64,000 nucleotides of DNA from Nitrosopumilus sp. (GTDB lineage Archaea; Thermoproteota; Nitrososphaeria; Nitrososphaerales; Nitrosopumilaceae): positions 2,080,001 through 2,144,000 of the forward strand of contig CBDBLO010000002.1 of the NCBI GenBank assembly GCA_965207075.1, given 5' to 3'. The translations under genes were made by a program, and so were the position numbers. Position 1 is the first letter of the stretch. The number at the start of each line of letters is the position of its first letter. The notes below the pieces were generated by a model. It worked only from the letters and a program-made list of their open reading frames with translations, was not told where the DNA came from and did no database searches. Positions 60,901 through 64,000 of this stretch are shown here, piece after piece.

Positions 60901-61032
60901 GCGCAGCGCGGAATGGCCACCGGGCAGATATTCTTCGTTTTTTCCGCGTATTATTTCATAACCAAGTTCTTGTAAGACAGACAGAACATATTCTTCCACA
61001 TCCGCTTCTGAAATTGGTTTTTTCATTGCCAT
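57928..61032 (-). CDS. hsdR: Type I restriction endonuclease subunit R
   Basis: RPDVILFVNGIPLVVFELK, HTQGSGKS, DEAHRS, FTGTP, TGFDAP, QAIARVNR. Confidence 0.97.
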   Translation of the reverse strand: MAMKKPISEADVEEYVLSVLQELGYEIIRGKNEEYLPGGHSALREDYKTVVLVDRLRGALQRINPGIPGPAVEDAIRQVLRSSSQHPITDNESFHKMLVDGVDVPVKTESGERYEKTWLFEFDDDKIRSNDFLAVNQFTIKGDDERRPDVILFVNGIPLVVFELKNLADEKADIWSAYNQLQTYMKKIPDLFRYVEILTISDGMQARAGTMSSGMERFMEWKTIDGARPGGGLSQTEVLLRGMFEKSRLLDIIRNFIVFEKGEKTTKKMAAYHQYWAANKALQSTISARGDTKKAGVVWHTQGSGKSLTMVFYAGKLIRGMDNPTIVVLTDRNDLDAQLFGTFGRCQDILRQKPVQAEARRDLSDLLSVASGGIVFTTIQKFLPENRDQHHAVSERDNIVVIADEAHRSHYGFAAKIVNRNDAPQVAYGLAKYLRDALPNASFIGFTGTPIEQKDRSTPTVFGDYVDIYDVQQAVEDGSTVRIYYQNKFVPVDIRSTERPRIDEDFARVTEGSETDEREEIMKEWSRMEKLVGAPARIKKIAGDIIRHYEERSSVLEGKAMIVCMSRRICVELHDEIVEQRRDWYHKDDDKGLIKVVFTGSASDPEPWQEHIRSKQKRRAIGDRFKDPKGAHKIIIVRDMFLTGFDAPSLHTMYLDKWMDGHTLMQAIARVNRVYPGKEGGLIVDYMDMSREIKNAMSNYTRSGGRGKQTNVQDDAVSAMLEKYDVVKCMFHGFDYMEFFNLRPEKRVPFMSRAVDHILREPGTKERFQKEFALLRGAFSIALPREEAMRIKEEMGFFEAIKAAVTKTTGYSGADRERFDVGIKQIISKAIVSDEIIDIIGNAGSPGTEVSILSEVFLSNIRKSPEKNLAREALRRILEEKIRIYSKRNIVKGRSFRDLLEDTIRRYNDKRISTSEVIDELIKIARQIREERGRGRTLDLDEDELAFYDALGVSDSAVRIMGDAVLASIAKELTDMIRRNVTIDWTQKASVQAAIRLEVKKILKRYEYPPDKAKKATDTVLSQAEVIAKNWAGS

Positions 61033-62606
61033 GCCTCTGGTTGAATTCTAATTTTTCCTGACATCAGTTTCGATAACAAAAAATTTCGTTGTAACGTCAG
61101 CACATGTGACTCAAATGTGTTTCGTCGTATACGTTCGTCCCAAGTAGAGACATACGCTTCAAAGTGATTAACCAAGGTTCGAGGAGGTTCAACCATTGGC
61201 ATCATTTCGAGCTGGTTTTTAGTAATGGCCCCAAACACTGTTCCTATTTGGTCGTATTGTTTGAGATCCTGCTGCAAAGACCATGCCAGATAATAGGTAA
61301 AAGATCGTGAACCCGTTTTATGCCTAAGTGCTGCAACACCTCTGCCTATGCAGCACTTCTCCCAGGCCATGTTTATCGCCCCTACAGGGGCTCTAACGCT
61401 GACTAATGTATCGTCTGCATGAGCAATGCGAGTTGGTGCTGTGCAGTATTTTCTCTTTCTAGGATATCGCAGCCCAAAGTCCGTACTACCCTGAAAAAAT
61501 GGAAGGCCTTTGCATTCATCATTGTAAGTTTTACTTGGAGGCGATTGGCCCATGGTCAGATTGAGGCAATTTTTCACCACGTTTATTGTCCATACCTCAG
61601 GAATGTCACCCAGCTCCGAATCAGTCAATTGATCAGGGAATAAATCATAAAGATGACTAGGAAGGCCGGGCAAAGACTCTCCGGGTTGCCATCTCCCCTC
61701 CATCTTGGCACGGACAGGATCAAAGTCCACAAACCATGACTTGAACAATGCTCGCGCCATCACTTCAAGTGTTTCATTCATCTTGTGATTGAGATCTATT
61801 TTCGCATCTAATGTTCCTAGAATATGTGCAATGATTCGTTGTTTGTCCAAGGTGGGAATTGGCATGAGCCACTCTTTAAAAGATTTTGTTGTAATAGTTT
61901 GGAAGATAGTTCCATAAGTGAGGGATTCCATTTGTGATCGTGTACCTTTGAGCGCGTAGTAAAGATAGTCAGGAACTATACGTTCATTTGGAATAAGAGC
62001 ATAGCAAGTTTGATTGAAAGCCATTTCTTTGCCAAGTTGAGTTAATGCGCCAACAGTTCCACGTGAAGTAATAAGTATTGTATTCTTAGGCATGATCTTA
62101 GTAGAGCTTTTAGATACACCCATCTCAGTAATAGATTCTTGAGATTTGTACAAATACCTCGAGTTATTTTTAGCTATATCTTTTGCAGTTACCCATTGAA
62201 TATTTCCGTGCCAGTAGTCGGGCACACTACGACTTGGTGTGCCACCAATAATTGCGGTAGCGACTTCAGAAACAGGCATTTTGCTCCAATGTGTATTATT
62301 CGTTTCCACAGGAATTTTTTGCGCGTCTATGATTTTTTTAAATTTACTGTTGACAGCTTTAAGATCCACAACATCTACCGTGTAAGGAAGATCCGAATCA
62401 TCAAACTCAATACTTAGGTTTGTCATAGTATCGTGATCAATAGGTTGATCGCCCTCCACGGCAAGATCCAAATCAGAACCATCGTGTGTTGTCCATTTTG
62501 CCCTGCTTCCAAACACCCAAACACGGACATTGGATAGAAGATACTTGCGTAGTATGTTACATACTATCTCCAACTGACTTGGACTAATATCAACTGGACT
62601 AGTCAA
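61023..62606 (-). CDS. hsdS: MNT nucleotidyltransferase fused to type I specificity subunit S
   Basis: About aa 1-100: VFGSRA..DGSDLDL..DLPYTVDVVD. Then two TRDs (GGTPSR; MGQSP) with LDAKIDLN and FKSWFVDF conserved regions. Confidence 0.92.
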   Translation of the reverse strand: MTSPVDISPSQLEIVCNILRKYLLSNVRVWVFGSRAKWTTHDGSDLDLAVEGDQPIDHDTMTNLSIEFDDSDLPYTVDVVDLKAVNSKFKKIIDAQKIPVETNNTHWSKMPVSEVATAIIGGTPSRSVPDYWHGNIQWVTAKDIAKNNSRYLYKSQESITEMGVSKSSTKIMPKNTILITSRGTVGALTQLGKEMAFNQTCYALIPNERIVPDYLYYALKGTRSQMESLTYGTIFQTITTKSFKEWLMPIPTLDKQRIIAHILGTLDAKIDLNHKMNETLEVMARALFKSWFVDFDPVRAKMEGRWQPGESLPGLPSHLYDLFPDQLTDSELGDIPEVWTINVVKNCLNLTMGQSPPSKTYNDECKGLPFFQGSTDFGLRYPRKRKYCTAPTRIAHADDTLVSVRAPVGAINMAWEKCCIGRGVAALRHKTGSRSFTYYLAWSLQQDLKQYDQIGTVFGAITKNQLEMMPMVEPPRTLVNHFEAYVSTWDERIRRNTFESHVLTLQRNFLLSKLMSGKIRIQPEAWQ

Positions 62607-62615
62607 GTGATCTAT

Positions 62616-63197
62616 TCAACTCCTAGAAGTTTTATGCAAGTTTTTTGTAGATATATCAGCTTTGGAGCTTTTAGTTTTTTTAAGCTCAGCATTAAGATCG
62701 CGCAATCTGGATTCCAATTTGGTGATCTCGGATTCAATATCGTTCTTTGTTGGTCTCTTAGATATCGGAGATGGGACAGCGTGGCCATCCTGCAAACTAG
62801 ATAATACGTATTGCGCTTCGTGTAGAAATTCAGATGCAGCTTCAAAAACATATTGTGCTTTTTCTTCATCGTATGTGTGACTAGTAATTCCACGATTTTT
62901 TCGATACTGATCCCAAACAGAAACGTCTGATCGAATAAGATCCTTTTTGTATGCTTCACGAATAATGTCTTTGAAATTCATAGATGCAACTTCTGCAGGG
63001 TTAAACAATGCCATTCCCAAATGTCGCTTGATCATTTTAAGAGTTATTTCATACGTGAATTCAAAGGATTGTATAACGGCACTACGCATGTGTTTTTTGT
63101 GCTTTGGGCTTTTTTGAATTGTTTCATCATAATATGTATCGAGCGCGTCTGCAAGCTGAGCAATCGCTTTTTCCAGTGATGTAAGGTCAAGATTCAT
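62616..63197 (-). CDS. HEPN (HI0074-like) putative toxin
   Basis: IQSFEFTYE and RGITSHTYDE (Rx4HxY). Extra C-terminal coiled coil. Confidence 0.88.
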   Translation of the reverse strand: MNLDLTSLEKAIAQLADALDTYYDETIQKSPKHKKHMRSAVIQSFEFTYEITLKMIKRHLGMALFNPAEVASMNFKDIIREAYKKDLIRSDVSVWDQYRKNRGITSHTYDEEKAQYVFEAASEFLHEAQYVLSSLQDGHAVPSPISKRPTKNDIESEITKLESRLRDLNAELKKTKSSKADISTKNLHKTSRS

Positions 63198-63201
63198 GTA
63201 T

Positions 63202-64000
63202 TCACACCTTTTTCACATTAAATCCAAGGCTCTTTATGTTTTTGGTAATTGATGCATCCAGTTTCTTGGATTTCGATTGCAGCTCATTCCATTGCAATAC
63301 TAGCTGGCCCATTCTTTCTTCAAACGGTTCTTCGTCATCCAACTGCGAGCTTACACCTACGTAGCGTCCCGGAGTAAGAACATACCCATGCTTATGAATC
63401 TCATCCAACATGACACTCTTGCAAAATCCGACTACGTCCTTGTACCTGGATCTTTTATTGCGCCAAGAATGATATGTGTCGGCAATCTCTGCAATATCCT
63501 CGTTCGTCAGCTCCCTGTGCCGCCTATCCCTCATCGTACCCATGTTGCGGGCATCAATGAACAATACCTGCTTCTGACGGTTTCTGAACCGGTGGTTCTT
63601 TTTGTCTCTAGTTACAAACCACAGGCAGGCGGGAATCTGAGTGTTGTAGAACAGCTGGGAGGGCAGTGCGACCATGCAGTCCACCAGATCCTGCTCCACT
63701 ATATTTTTGCGTATTTCGCCCTCACCGCTCGTGTTAGAGGACATCGAGCCGTTGGACATTACGAATCCGGCCGTTCCGGTAGGTGATAAATGATGGATAA
63801 AGTGCTGAATCCATGCAAAGTTTGCGTTGCCAGCAGGTGGTATGCCATACACCCATCTGACATCATCCTGTAACAGGTGACCGTCCCAGTCACTGTCGTT
63901 GAACGGAGGATTGGCAAGTATGAAATCCGCCCTCAGATCCTTGTGCGCGTCGTTTACAAAGCTGCCCTGTCCATTCCACTTGATCATGTTGGATTCTATC
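63202..64000 (-). CDS. hsdM: Type I methyltransferase subunit M (3' part; begins beyond the window)
   Basis: [37 protein letters not shown]. Frame stays open to the edge. Confidence 0.95.
   Translation of the reverse strand, partial: IESNMIKWNGQGSFVNDAHKDLRADFILANPPFNDSDWDGHLLQDDVRWVYGIPPAGNANFAWIQHFIHHLSPTGTAGFVMSNGSMSSNTSGEGEIRKNIVEQDLVDCMVALPSQLFYNTQIPACLWFVTRDKKNHRFRNRQKQVLFIDARNMGTMRDRRHRELTNEDIAEIADTYHSWRNKRSRYKDVVGFCKSVMLDEIHKHGYVLTPGRYVGVSSQLDDEEPFEERMGQLVLQWNELQSKSKKLDASITKNIKSLGFNVKKV

Larger units (their letters stand above)
49168..64000. mobile_element. Integrative island at tRNA-Lys, extends past the right edge
   Basis: Integrase next to the tRNA 3' end, orphan ORFs, an IS, an R-M system and a composition shift. 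The distal att is not in the window. Confidence 0.75.

Overview
GC-rich chromosome segment of an ammonia-oxidising-type archaeon. Nitrososphaerota (Nitrosopumilaceae, Cenarchaeum-like) is inferred from thermosome, L44e/S27e, Csl4, Dph2, TiaS, MptE, the split coxB/coxA/blue-copper/ctaA cluster and TATA-type promoters. The core (about 1.2-49.2 kb) holds housekeeping genes: lysC, ilvE, folP/mptE, guaA, guaB, late cobalamin genes, asd, pheA, hmgA, the his operon, the heme-copper oxidase and three tRNAs (Val-TAC, iMet with a D-loop insertion, Lys-CTT). Many core proteins carry microsatellite-derived homopolymer inserts. Both ends are tRNA-anchored accessory DNA. Left of tRNA-Val lies an AT-richer stretch with a truncated SIS-domain gene. 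Right of tRNA-Lys lies an island of at least 15 kb. It contains a tyrosine integrase and small genes bracketed by 22-26-bp direct and inverted repeats. It also has a tRNA-like gene with a Ser-type body but a CCT anticodon, three 44-46-bp palindromes, an intact IS5-family element, a 33-bp tandem array, and a type I R-M operon with an embedded HEPN toxin whose MNT antitoxin is fused to HsdS. All calls come from reading motifs by eye; no searches were run.
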